A stretch of DNA of 40,646 nt from Tubiluchus corallicola (Eukaryota; Animalia; Priapulida). The DNA lies in assembly GCA_030141605.1 (NCBI GenBank), contig JAQGDQ010001445.1, positions 1-40,646 of the forward strand, written 5' to 3'. Every line of letters begins with the position of its first letter. Position 1 is the stretch's first letter. Shown here piece after piece: positions 1 to 11,981 of the stretch. The notes under the pieces were generated by a model that ran no database searches, was not told the origin of the DNA, and worked only from the letters and a program-made list of their open reading frames with translations. Made by a program: the position numbers and the translations under genes.

Positions 1-1299
1 TTTTTAAAACATAAACTAATCAAGCGGACGGTGTGTAAACAATGGCGATAACTGACAATGTTGACGATTACTTTAAAGATAATGACGAAATGATGATGAT
101 GATAACTGCTGTTGTAGATGACGATGATAATGGCAATGATGATGCTGATGATGACGACAACGACGATTTTATGATGATAGTATCGCCTAATTATTTATTA
201 TAATCTTTATTTATTTTTCATAACTAGGCGCAATGATGATAATGATCATGATGATGATGAAGATGGCGATGGTAATGCCGATGATGATGATTATGATTAT
301 TGCGATGGTGATGATCATGATGACGACGATGACGACGATGATGACTACGATGACGACGATGACAACGACCATGATGATGATGAAGATGATAAAAATGACG
401 ATGATGATGATTATTATTATGATGATCACGACGACGACGACGACGACGATGATGATTATAGCAATGACAGACGACGACGACGATGATTGATGAAGAGATG
501 ACGATGATGATGACGATGCAGATGATGATGATGATATCGTTTTATAACGAGGCCAACCCCACCTATCCTGCTCTCCATGTAAACAGCGGGACACAATGAA
601 AAACATGTTTGTGAGCCTCGTGCCAATAAGTCAATAAGGAGAGCAGGATAGGTGGGGTTGTGCTCGTTATAGAAAAGTAAAGCCCGCCAATAAGGTGATA
701 TCATCATCATCATCGTTACCATCGTCGTCATCTTCATCATCGTCATCATCTTCATCAACATCATCATCATCATTACCATCATCATCATCATCGTCGTCGT
801 CGTCGTCGTCGTCACCGCCATTATCATCATCATCGTCGTCGTCGTCGTCGTCGTCGTCGTCATCGTCATCATCATCATAATAATAATCATCATCATCGTC
901 ATCTTTATCATCTTCATCATCATCATCGTCGTCGTCATCGTCGTCATCATAATCATCATCGTCGTCATCGTCGTCATCATGATCATCACCATCGCAATAA
1001 TCATAATCATCATCATCGGCATTACCATCGCCATCTTCATCATCATCATGATCATTATCATCATTGCGCCTAGTTATGAAAAATAAATAAAGATTATAAT
1101 AAATAATTAGGCGATACTATCATCATAAAATCGTCGTTGTCGTCATCATCAGCATCATCATTGCCATTATCATCGTCATCTACAACAGCAGTATCATCAT
1201 CATCATCATTATCGTCATTATCTTTAAAGTAATCGTCAACATCATCAGTTATCGCCATTGTTTACACACCGTCCGCTTGATTAGTTTATGTTTTAAAAA
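1..1299. repeat. Long palindrome / foldback structure: arms ~1-576 and ~638-1299, ~61-bp loop; arms contain (GAT/GAC)n microsatellite; probably truncated by the left window edge
   Basis: 1-40 (tttttaaaacataaactaatcaagcggacggtgtgtaaac) is the exact reverse complement of 1260-1299. Inner 541-576 (tttataacgaggccaaccccacctatcctgctctcc) pairs with 638-673. ORFs 233..490(+) and 456..1064(-) begin with the same low-complexity peptide. Confidence 0.92.
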
Positions 1300-2037
1300 T
1301 GTAAAAGTACAAAAGTTTAAATGTATTTTCAAAAAGTTGCTTACATAAACTTGGACTTTTTAATTACTTGTCAGGGAAGAGCAAACCGCTGAGTCATCAG
1401 TCTCTTTGATCAAGGGCCGATTAAGGGTTTCACGGTCCTAAGGCCTTGAGCAAAAGCAGGGCCACAGCGCCATTTGCTCAACTATATATCCAATGTACCG
1501 AAGTCTGACCCTGAAATTTAGCGTTTTTAACATGTTAAATAAAAACTGGTCGACTGATTCGAGATTAATTTTAATTTACTGTCCAAAATATACAATTTTT
1601 CCCTATAAAAGTTAGAAATTGTTTCTAATATTTGAATAATTACCCTGAAAAGTTAATTAGGGGCAACCTGACTCAGTTATCGGTGACGTCACAAACCAGC
1701 CGCAGGTTGTGCAGTGGTAGGTACCTTCCCTGAACGTCAAACGCGTTTGCGTAAGCGAAGATCGCCAAAAGATGCTGAAGTGATGTCACAAAATTGAGTT
1801 CTATATCACTGACGTCAGAGACGAACACTGCAGTTCATGATCATGCTTATCACGGTAACGCGCCTATTTGTCGGCTTCGCCATTGTGACAAAAAGCCGCC
1901 ATTGTCAGTCTTAGTGGATTCGTTGAGCTGCGCGGAGCTTTGCAAGTTTAACAAAATTTAACTATCCAGGATAGTTGTTATTTAATATAAGTTTTGATTT
2001 AAAAAAGCTATTGTAGTTTTGAATATTTTAGAACATA

Positions 2038-3778
2038 CAGTCAATCTCGGATATAAGGGACACCTCGGGACCGGAAAAAAACCATCCCTTAATATCCGAT
2101 GTCCCTTATAGCCGAAGTAGAGTCAGACCGAGGGTGTATCTAGACCTGTACTTTTACCCATATTTTTATGAATTATTGCTACACATTCAGGGCAAACGGT
2201 ATGTAGGAAGCTCCTTCAGTGATGTGAGACGTCATGTGACTGCAGAAACCGAGCTGTTCGAAGGCCGAATTTGCGAAAAATTGAGGTTAAAAATTGATCA
2301 ATTTCGCTTTGATCATAGGGTCCCTTATATGCGAGATAATTTACCTGGGTTTCTATTACCCGGGACCTGAAGGTATATCGTCCCTTATAACCAAAAGTCT
2401 CTTATATCCGAGTACCTTATATACGAATATTTATATAAAAAGACGTTATGAAAAATCGGGAATGGAATTGGTGGTTCCTTATAAGCGAGTGTCCCTGATA
2501 AGGGAGTACCTTATATCCGAGGTTGACTGCGTGTCCCTGATAAAGGAGTACCTCATATCCGAGGTTGACTGAGTGTCCCTTATAAGGGAGTACCTCATGC
2601 CCGAGGTTGACTGAGTGTCCCTTATAAGGGAGTACCTCATGCCCGAGGTTGACTGAGTGTCCCTTATAAGGGAGTACCTCATGCCTGAGTTGACTGAGTG
2701 TCCCTTATAAAACCCACCAAAAACCCACCCATGACTGAGTGTCCCTTATAAGGGAGTACCTGCCCGAGGTTGACTGAGTGTCCCTTATAAGGGAGTACCT
2801 CATGCCCGAGGTTGACTGAGTGTCCCTTATAAGGAGTACCATGCCCGAGGTTGACTGGTGTCCCTTATAAGGGAGTACCATGCCCGAGGTTGACTGAGTG
2901 TCCCTTATAAGGGAGTACCTCATGCCCGAGGTTGACTGAGTGTCCCTTATAAGGGAGTACCTCATGCCCGAGGTTGACTGAGTGTCCCTTATAAGGGAGT
3001 ACCTCATGCCCGAGGTTGACTGAGTGTCCCTTATAAGGGAGTACCTCATGCCCGAGGTTGACTGAGTGTCCCTTATAAGGGAGTACCTCATACCCGAGGT
3101 TGACTGAGTGTCCCTTATAAGGGAGTACCTCATACCCGAGGTTGACTGAGTGTCCCTTATAAGGGAGTACCTTATATCCGAGGTTGACTGAGTGTCCCTG
3201 ATGAGGGAGTACCTTATATCCGAGGTTGACTGAGTGTCCCTTATGGGGGAGTACCTTATATCCGAGGTTGGCTGAGTGTCCCTGATGAGGGAGTACCTTA
3301 TATCCGAGGTTGACTGAGTGTCCCTGATGAGGGAGTACCTTATATCCGAGGTTGACTGAGTGTCCCTTATAAGGGAGTACCTTATATCCGAGGTTGACTG
3401 AGTGTCCCTGATGAGGGAGTACCTTATATCCGAGGTTGACTGAGTGTTCCTTATGAGGGAATACATTATATCCGAGGTTGACTGAGTGTCCCTTATGAGG
3501 GAGTACCTTATATCCGAGGTTGACTGAGTGTCCCTTATAAGGGAGTACCTTATACCCGAGGTTGGCTGAGTGTCCCTTATAAGGGAGTATCTTATATCCG
3601 AGGTTGGCTGAGTGTCCCTTATAAGGGAGTACCTTATATCCGAGGTTGACTGAGGGTCCCTTATAAGGGAGTACCTTATACCCGAGGTTGACTGAGTGTC
3701 CCTTATAAGGGAGTATTTTATACCCGAGGTTGACTGAGTGTCCCTTATAAGGGAGTATTTTACACCCGAGGTTGACTG
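2038..3778 (+). mobile_element. Tc1/mariner (pogo/Tc2-like) MITE with TA TSD; right terminus tandemly amplified
   Basis: TA|CAGTCAATCTCGGATATAAG ... CCCGAGGTTGACTG|TA. The body 2038-2529 is homologous to the reverse complement of 9781-10244. Confidence 0.88.
2488..3778 (+). repeat. 42-bp tandem array, ~31 copies (agtgtcccttataagggagtaccttatatccgaggttgactg); unit equals the MITE terminus
   Basis: 14-aa periodicity (RYSLIRDTQSTSDI) in the minus-strand ORFs. Each unit ends in the reverse complement of the left TIR. Interruption aacccaccaaaaacccaccca at ~2711-2731. Confidence 0.95.
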
Positions 3779-5272
3779 TACTTTATCTGTACTTTATTTT
3801 GAACTAATCGTCTACACAATCGTCTAGTTTTCCTTTAAACGAAATGACTTATATACACAAAACCGTGTGATGAAGCCACATTTCCAACTCGTCGATGGCT
3901 TCCCCATGGAAGTAAGTTATGTGTTGTTGAAAGTGCCTGATTGCTTCTAGAATGTTGCATAAACGATGGTGAGATCAGACTGACATACAGGCGCTGAAAG
4001 AACGTTTGGCCAGCCAAACCTGTGCAACATCCTGTACCCTCTGCTGTACCGTGTTCACTGAATCGAGTTTCAATTTCCGGAAATAGTTGAGCCGATCCGG
4101 CTACTTGTTGGGATCATTCCTAAGTTATACAAATAATTGGACGTTTCAGGGTTTCTCACCATGTGGCGAGCAAAAAGGGAAGACAAGGTTGCACACCCGG
4201 GAGCTGTTGCTAAGAAGATGTATCAGAGGCAGCGTAGGGAAGCAGACCTTCCCTTAGCTCACTAGTTACATCTCAATGATTATCAGGCTTCCAATGAAAA
4301 GAAATGATCGTGGCAACATAGCGGGCAGTGACAAACGCACGATTCTAGCGTGCCAAGTTATAAAAAATAGCCCAGAATCCGTACCTTTCAGAACATTCAA
4401 AACAAATTTAGCCAAATTAAGAATTTTTTGGTCTAATTATTTCGAAATCAAAATAATAATCAATTTTTTTGCAAATATTTCCGTTTTGTAAATTTAAATT
4501 ATTTTATAATTTAGTTTTATAATCCTAGTTTTAAATACCTGTCATTCAAGTTTCAATGTGTTCAAAGTAGTGATGACGTGTTGATAAATTTTCTGTGTAA
4601 CTCACGACTTGATGCCAAAGATGTATGTAGATTTTGTTTAAATTTAATTAGTTATTCACTGAAACTCTCTGATTAATTTCACTTAATCATAATTAACATT
4701 TTGATAGAAAATTAGTTTATTTAAAAGAATTTGCATTTCATTCCAGATAAAATGTATAACTTGGGAAATGGCGTCTCATGTCAAATATGAAGTGAAATGA
4801 CGAAAGGGCATGTGCTGTGATGATGGTGCACGAACAATAAAATATTATACTAAGCAGTACTTGATGACTTTGTTTGTTCGTCACTATAAAACTCAAACAA
4901 ATCCCTTCCAAATGTTAAGTGAACAAATTAATAATAGTTAAAGTAAATTAATACAATAACAACAAAAAATTAGAAAATCTAGGAAATGGAACTTTTTATC
5001 CTAACATCTTAGGATTGTTTATCCTAACAATTGTTTACATGAGGAGTTTATCAACTTCGTTTTTCCTTCATTTCTTCACTTTTGGATGATTGAGTATGTC
5101 TGGATGATTGAAGATGTATGGATGGTTGAATATGTCTGGATGGTGTTATAGAAAAGAAATGCTACAAATAACGAATAAAAACACAAAAAAAAAATAATAA
5201 TTTTCCCCTAAAACAGTTGGTCTTTTATGTCTCATTCTTTTTTGTGTTTTAAACATCAATTAACTAGGATCT

Positions 5273-5274
<2 letters not shown>

Positions 5275-5335
<61 letters not shown>

Positions 5336-5340
5336 TTCTC
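5275..5340. repeat. (CT)n microsatellite
   Basis: Directly visible. Confidence 0.95.
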
Positions 5341-5531
5341 CACTCGTTTTTCTTTCGTTTCATAATGTTTTTATCTCCTCTCCTGTAATTTCGTCTCATC
5401 TCATCTCATTTCATTTCCTCTTCTCCCATTCCATTCCATTCCATTTTATCTTATTCCATGTAAAAATGTAAAACGTTTTAGCAGCTCCAAATCTTCTCTT
5501 TATCCACATGTCGAGTATTTTACCTATAGTA

Positions 5532-5915
5532 AAATTTAATTACAAGATTTTTATACATTATAAGTACCAGGATTTTAATAATAAGTTAATGGCACAGTGT
5601 AATGTAAAATTTCTTTGATTTATTCCAAGAGTCACGATAATTCTAACTATCCTTATATTAATATAATCATAAGTTTATACAGTGTTAATATTGTATAAAT
5701 ATTGCAAATTGTTTAAGCTCTATTGTTTTTCTACTGTTTAAAGGTGACAATTATACCCAGGTGTTGTGATGCTTTTGTATAATGTGTGATTCTTCTGTAC
5801 ATTGTGACGTGTTTTATTCGTCACTTAACTTATCATAAATTATTAGTTAATTATTTATTAATTTATTATTAAAAACCTGGTACTTATAATCTATTAAAAT
5901 CTTGTAATTAAATTT
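5532..5915. mobile_element. Putative MITE: ~59-bp imperfect inverted repeats around a ~265-bp AT-rich core
   Basis: 5532-5590 (aaatttaattacaagatttttatacattataagtaccagg...) is the reverse complement of 5857-5915 (...cctggtacttataatctattaaaatcttgtaattaaattt) with a few mismatches. No clear TSD. Confidence 0.6.
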
Positions 5916-5938
5916 CATATAATATATAAGTTTTAATC

Positions 5939-5957
5939 ATATATATATATATAAATT

Positions 5958-6010
<53 letters not shown>

Positions 6011-6107
6011 CAATTATATATATATATAAATATATATACAATTTTAATAATATATATTAATAATATATTATTATTAATATATATATATATATTATATATA
6101 TATATAT
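5939..6107. repeat. (TA)n-rich low-complexity tract
   Basis: Directly visible. Confidence 0.95.
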
Positions 6108-6492
6108 GTACATAATCCTGTAATTTCCGCATATTAATTAGTGATTAATGCTTAGCTAATATTAATTAACTCGCATGTGTTTAATTTTGAGCAGTCAACG
6201 ACTTCATCGGTTAGTTTTACAACTTGTATCTTCCTCGTGTGAACAGATTTCGAGGCGATAAATTATCCAAGTGAACACAGCCATGTAAACAATTTGACAT
6301 GTAAATACGTAAACAAAGTTGGCTGTTTATTTGGGCTTCAGTAACTTGGGAACCTGGTTACGTGTTTTGGCTCCAACCAAACGTTCTGCACATGCATATG
6401 TATTCAACGCTTAGATTAATGTGAAGTAATACATCAACATTAAATTTTTGTTCCACACTGTATAGTCATCAGTAATTGTGATGTTCTTAACT

Positions 6493-6737
6493 GATGAACT
6501 TATCAATAAACTTACGAAACAAATGTAAAAAGTGTGAATATTTGTGAGGTTCTTGAATGATGAACTTATCAATAAATTTATGAATGAAATGTAAAAAGTG
6601 TGAATAATTGTGAGGTTCTTGAATAATAAACTTATCAATAAACATATGAAACAAATGTAAAAAGTGTGAATAATTGTGAGGTTCTTGAATAATAAACTTG
6701 TCAATAAACTTATGAATCAAATGTAAAAAAAGTGTGA
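6493..6737. repeat. 66-bp tandem repeat, ~3.7 copies
   Basis: 22-aa periodicity in ORF 6411..6704; recurring aacttatcaataaa...aaatgtaaaaagtgtgaata. Confidence 0.9.
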
Positions 6738-6742
6738 TAAGT

Positions 6743-7780
6743 TAGAACCTAGAGTGTGGAATCGTTTAGGGTAGGGTAGTGTAGGTAGGGTAGAACCTAG
6801 AGTGTGGAATCGTTTAGGGTAGGGTAGTGTAGGTAGGGTAGAACCTAGGGTGTGGAATCGTTTAGGGTAGGGTAGTGTAGGTAGGGTAGAACCTAGGGTG
6901 TGGAATCGTTTAGGGTAGGGTAGTGTAGGTAGGGTAGAACCTAGGGTGTGGAATCGTTTAGGGTAGGGTAGTGTAGGTAGGGTAGAACCCTAGGGTGTGG
7001 AATCGTTTAGGGTAGGCTAGTGTAGGTAGGGTAGAACCCTAGGGTGTGGAATCGTTTAGTGTTCGGTAGTGTAGGTAGGATAGAACCTAGGGTGTGGAAT
7101 CGTTTAGGGTAAGGTAGTTTGGGTAGGGTAGAACCTAGGGTGTGGAATCGTTTAGTGTTCGGTAGTGTAGGTAGGGTAGAACCTAGGGTGTGGAATCGTT
7201 TAGTGTTCGGTAGTGTAGGTAGGATAGAACCTAGGGTGTGGAATCGTTTAGGGTAAGGTAGTTTGGGTAGGGTAGAACCTAGGGTGTGGAATCGTTTAGT
7301 GTTCGGTAGTGTAGGTAGGGTAGAACCTAGAGTGTGGGCTCGTTTAGGGTAGGGTAGTGTAGGTAGGGTAGAACCAAGGGTGTGGAATCCTTTAGGGCAG
7401 GGTAGTGTAGGTAGGGTATAACCTAGGGTGTTTAATCGCTTAGGGTAGGGTAGTGTAGGTAGGGTAGAACCTAGGGTGTGGAATCGTTTAGGGTAGGGTA
7501 GTGTAGGTAGGGTAAAACCTAGGGTGTGGAATCGTTTAGGGTAGGGTAGTGTAGGTAGGGTAGAACCAAGGGTGTGGAATCCTTTAGGGCAGGGTAGTGT
7601 AGGTAGGGTATAACCTAGGGTGTTTAATCGCTTAGGGTAGGGTAGTGTAGGTAGGGTAGAACCTAGGGTGTGGAATCGTTTAGGGTAGGGTAGTGTAGGT
7701 AGGGTAGAACCTAGGGTGTGGAATCGTTTAGGGTAGGCTAGTGTAGGTAGGGTAGAACCTAGGGTGCGGAATCATTTAGG
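6743..7780 (+). repeat. 48-bp G-rich minisatellite, ~21 copies (tagaacctagggtgtggaatcgtttagggtagggtagtgtaggtaggg)
   Basis: tagaacc recurs at 6791, 6839, 6887, etc. Confidence 0.95.
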
Positions 7781-8176
7781 AACGTGTATAACGTGATCAT
7801 CATAATTTTAATGTAGAGTGAAAGTAAGCATCAGCTAAATGCCAAAACTCGTGCAGTTCTGAAGTGCATATTCTTGTAACACCAAGTTGTGTTTGGTCTT
7901 CGTTAGATGGCAGCACAAAGCGAGTATGGTCAGTCTATGCGGGCAGCTACGCTGTGTTTGAATTAATGTTACAAAATGATTATCAACGCACTAATAACTT
8001 GAAAATGTAATAATGTAATTCAATTAATTTGTGTTATTTTATAAAAACTATCAAAAGTTATTCGAACTAGAAGTATTTTAAAGGTTTTTAAAATTGAAAA
8101 AAGCTGTTTTCTAAGCTGTTGCTGCTGCTGCTGCTGCTACAAGTATTTTTGTGTTTTATTCCTAGCTCCTAGTTAC

Positions 8177-8210
<34 letters not shown>

Positions 8211-8349
8211 ACAATATGGCCGCCGCTTTAAACTGTTTCCTAGCAAACTATCCAAAAGATAGTTCGACTAAAGACATTTTAGGGAATTCATGGAGAAACC
8301 AAATCTGGCAAGAACAATTCGATTCTTAGACGGTTTAAACTTTTTGGAA

Positions 8350-8400
8350 CGTCCGTCACCTGATCACAAGACCCAGGTTCGAATCCCCGTCGGTGCAGTA
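8350..8400 (+). mobile_element. Possible tRNA-derived SINE/pseudo-tRNA 3' half
   Basis: Perfect B-box GGTTCGAATCC (8376-8386); no convincing A-box or cloverleaf. Confidence 0.3.
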
Positions 8401-8679
8401 TTCGCACACTTTCAAATTACATTCGACGACTGACGAAAAAACAGTAAACAGTATCTCAGTGCCGGATATAATCAAAACTGGTTGTTATTCAAGCAACAAT
8501 TTCTTGAGACTTTTACATTTTGGTTGTTAAAAACATTATAAAGCTGATACTCTTGATAGTGTATGCGATAATCTTTATTGCATTTTCACTTCGACAGTAA
8601 AATTCTCGTTTTATTTTGATGGTGCGCTTTTTGCATACCGAAATAATACCGACACGCTATTGGATCTAGCGAAATCAAA

Positions 8680-8996
8680 GAGTGTCAAGGAGCAGAGTCA
8701 AGGACGTAAAGGTAGCGGCAAGTACGTCAAGGAAGCAGAGAAATCATTTTTGGTCAGCCATTAACAGTGTGTAAACATTGGTTTGATAACGAGTGTCAAG
8801 GAGCAGAGTTAAGGACGTAAAGATAGCGTCAAATACGTCAAGGAAGCAGAGAAATCATTTTTGGTCAGTCATTGACACTGTGAAAACACTGGTTTGATAA
8901 GGAGTGTCAAGGAGCGGAATTAAGGACGTAAAGGTAGCGTCAAGTACGTCAAGGAAGAACAGAAATCATTTTTGGTCAGCCATTAACAGTGTGTAA
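8680..8996. repeat. ~111-bp tandem repeat, ~2.8 copies
   Basis: gagtgtcaaggagc...gaaatcatttttggtcag recurs at ~8680, ~8791 and ~8902. Confidence 0.9.
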
Positions 8997-9780
8997 TACG
9001 GTCCATGCTTGGTGCTAATTTCCGAATACAAAAAGAAGCCAAACTTTCTACACAATGTTTCACGGGAAGCCATTCGCAGCTTCGCGTACAGCTGTCTTCG
9101 CGAGCCCCTAACCATGGGTGAAAAATGGCCCCTGTGCAACCTCCAAATTTAGGACCTCAGCCTAGAAGAGCCCGGATGTGAAGTTGTCGGTAGGCAAAGC
9201 TGAAATCCTAGCCATCCCGTGCTCGCTGCGAACAGAGGGGATATTTTATACATATCCTGACCTCCTCCGCCATCTAAACACTGAACAATCATCCACTAAT
9301 GGGTCTATAGAACTTGTGCAGGAACATTATAACGGATTTTGTAGTATACTGTAAGTACACTATTATCTTATTTTCTATCTACATTACCTTAATACTTACT
9401 TTGTGTGCACTATAATCTAAACAAATACTGGAACTTTTTGAAAGTGTTCGTTTGAAAGTGAAAAAATGTTTGCTAATCTGTAATTTGCTGTTACCAAATA
9501 AATAGTTTAATTAATAGGTTAATACTACGTGTTGGTACTATAGTGCTATTTATAAAAGCAACATTATCAGTTAATTTAGTAAATTCAAGGTTACAGGTGT
9601 TGCTTTGATTTCACGCGCACATCTTTTGCGCAGTGACGTAACTGAAGGACAACAATTTGACATACAACAGATATAAGAACATATAACAGCTAGAACTAAG
9701 CTGATAGTTTAAGCTATGAATGCTGAATCTGATTCATTTTGCAAGGTCAAATACAAAACAACAATGTTTAAAGTGAAATA

Positions 9781-10244
9781 CAGTCAACCTCGGGTATAAG
9801 GTACTCGCTTATAAGGGACATTCGTTTATAAGGGACCACCTACACCGGTGCCGATTTTTCGTAACGTTTTTCCTTAGAAAAATCTTCGTATGTAAATGAC
9901 TTTCGCTTATAAGGGACGATATCTTCAGGCCCCGCGTAATAGAAACCCAGGTAAATTACTTCGTATATAAGGGACCCTATGATCAAACCGAAATTGATCG
10001 ATTTTTAACTTCAATTTTTCGCAAACTCGGCCTTCGAACAGCTCGGTTTCCGCGGTCACATACATCTTGCATCACTGAAGGAGCTTCTTACATCCGGTTT
10101 GCACTGAATGTGTAGCAATAATCCATAAAAATATGGGTACAGAAAAGTACAGGTCTACCCTCGGTCTGACTCAACTTCAGATATAAGGGACATCGGATAT
10201 AAAGGACGGTTTTTTCCTGTCCGGAGGTGTCCAGAATTTGACTG
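9781..10244 (-). mobile_element. Tc1/mariner (pogo/Tc2-like) MITE, unexpanded 464-bp sister copy of 2038-3778
   Basis: TA|CAGTCAACCTCGGGTATAAG ... AATTTGACTG|TA. Internal sequence such as taatagaaacccaggtaaatta is the reverse complement of 2337-2358. Confidence 0.9.
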
Positions 10245-10917
10245 TACCAGCGAACCTTAACATTCTCGAGTTTAGAAGGCGCCAACTCTTTCACGCTTTA
10301 CGTGTCATCGCCATAGATGACCTGCTGTGGCAGAGTTGATTGAAACAGAATGTGATAATATTATTACAATAAATTAAGAACCGGAAGTTAAAGCAAAAAA
10401 GTTTGCGGCTGCGAGACAAGCGGAAGACGAGATCCGTCAACGACTTTGCGAGCAAGTTCAAACACGTCGAAGTTTTTTACGCTTCGAAGAATAAAACAAA
10501 TTGAAATATTGCTTTTTTAACATTGTACGAATCTGTATTTAAAACCGTTAAACATGAAATAAGTTCTGTATTTTGAGATAGTAAAGAGAGCCACCGTATT
10601 CGTGTAGTCACAGCAGTACTGGGTACTTTTCTTGCAAATCCCGGGTAAATTTTGTTATTTTTATGGGCCAAGTTCAAAAATGGGATAAACAAGGTAAAAA
10701 TAAACAATAAACTTGTGAACAAAATAAGATTCTTTTCGTGGGGTAGAAAGTTGTGTGCGCTGTTATTAAAACGGAAATTTATACGCAGTGTAAAAAAAAC
10801 GACTGTTATGTTATGATTTATTAGATAGTATCGAAGATTTCGCCCATTGACAAACAACACTTTGTGAGTTCTGCCTGCCCGGTTGCGTGGGCAGATTTCT
10901 TTTATTTTAGAGTTCCG

Positions 10918-11202
10918 ACTGCCCAATGTCTGCAATAGGCGTAATTAGCATACGATGATGATGATGATGATGATGATGGTGGTGGTGATGATGATGATGC
11001 CTGCCCAATGTCTGCAATAGGCGTAATGGGCATATGATGATGATGATGATGCCTGCCATATGTCTACAATAGGCGTAATGGGCATATGATGATGATGATG
11101 CCTGCCTAATGTCTGCAATAGCCGTAATGGGCATATGATGATGATGATGCTGATGATGATGACGATGTGATGATAATGATGATGATGATGATGACTGATG
11201 AT
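10918..11202. repeat. Four copies of a ~36-bp unit (gcctgcccaatgtctgcaataggcgtaatgggcatat) separated by variable-length (GAT)n
   Basis: Directly visible; explains the poly-His/Ser ORFs. Confidence 0.9.
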
Positions 11203-11800
11203 GTATAGTAATTTTTTCCCGATATAGCGTATGACTAGTGAAAGAAATCCATGCTACTCGTAAACGTAGAAAAATGAATGAGTGTTTGGGAGACGGCATA
11301 CAAATCATGGACACTCTTTAGGAGAAGTTTGAAATGGTTTCGAAACGGGATGCTGACTGCATTTGGCGTTTAAAAATGCTGCTGTTCTTCACTTGTTAAA
11401 TCTCGCGTGAAAATGATGGTCGAAGAACCGGAACCGGAAGCCAGCAACCTGCACCCCTGTTATCAAAAAATGGCTGCTCTTCCTCGCCTTACTGATGAAG
11501 CCCAGTGATGCAAGTGAGCGTACCTCTAAATTTAAAGTAACGTGAAATTTAGAGTTAAATCCACGCCATGCCTAATGTTACCGGAAGTATCAAACTTGAA
11601 TGATTTTACGGCATTCACGATGTTGAACATTGAATCAGTAAGGTGAAAAAATTAGAATTACGAAAGCAGGTCTAGAAGTTCTGAAAAAACTGCTTTTATT
11701 TCTCTTACAGCCATCTTACTATTTCTTTTCTATTGTTCATGATGCCTCTTTTGTTTTGGGGTTCCTTTACCTGGTTTATTCATTAAAAAAATAGCCTCAA

Positions 11801-11840
11801 AATTATTATTATTATTATTAATATTGTTATTGTTATTATT

Positions 11841-11900
<60 letters not shown>

Positions 11901-11906
11901 CTTCTT

Positions 11907-11981
<75 letters not shown>
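11801..11981. repeat. Compound microsatellite (ATT)n(GTT)n(CTT)n(ATT)n
   Basis: Directly visible. Confidence 0.95.

Larger units (their letters stand above)
1539..3834 (+). mobile_element. TTAA-flanked Kolobok-like MITE, family A copy 1, interrupted by the MITE at 2038-3778
   Basis: 1539-2035 aligns by eye with 25178-25676 and with the reverse complement of 18363-18911. The missing 3' end resumes at 3781-3834 (...cgtctagttttcct|TTAA). TTAA at 1535-1538 and 3835-3838. Confidence 0.8.

Noticed and set aside
211-1064. Poly-Met/Ile/Ser ORFs
   Set aside because: Products of the (GAT/GAC)n arms of the palindrome.
2488-3778. CRISPR array (palindromic repeat at a regular period)
   Set aside because: No unique spacers, no cas genes, eukaryotic context; the unit is a MITE terminus.
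10477-10935. 152-aa minus-strand ORF
   Set aside because: Starts inside a tandem repeat, has AT-rich non-coding-like composition and no recognisable domain.
10918-11202. CRISPR-like constant repeat plus variable spacer
   Set aside because: The 'spacers' are only (GAT)n of varying length.
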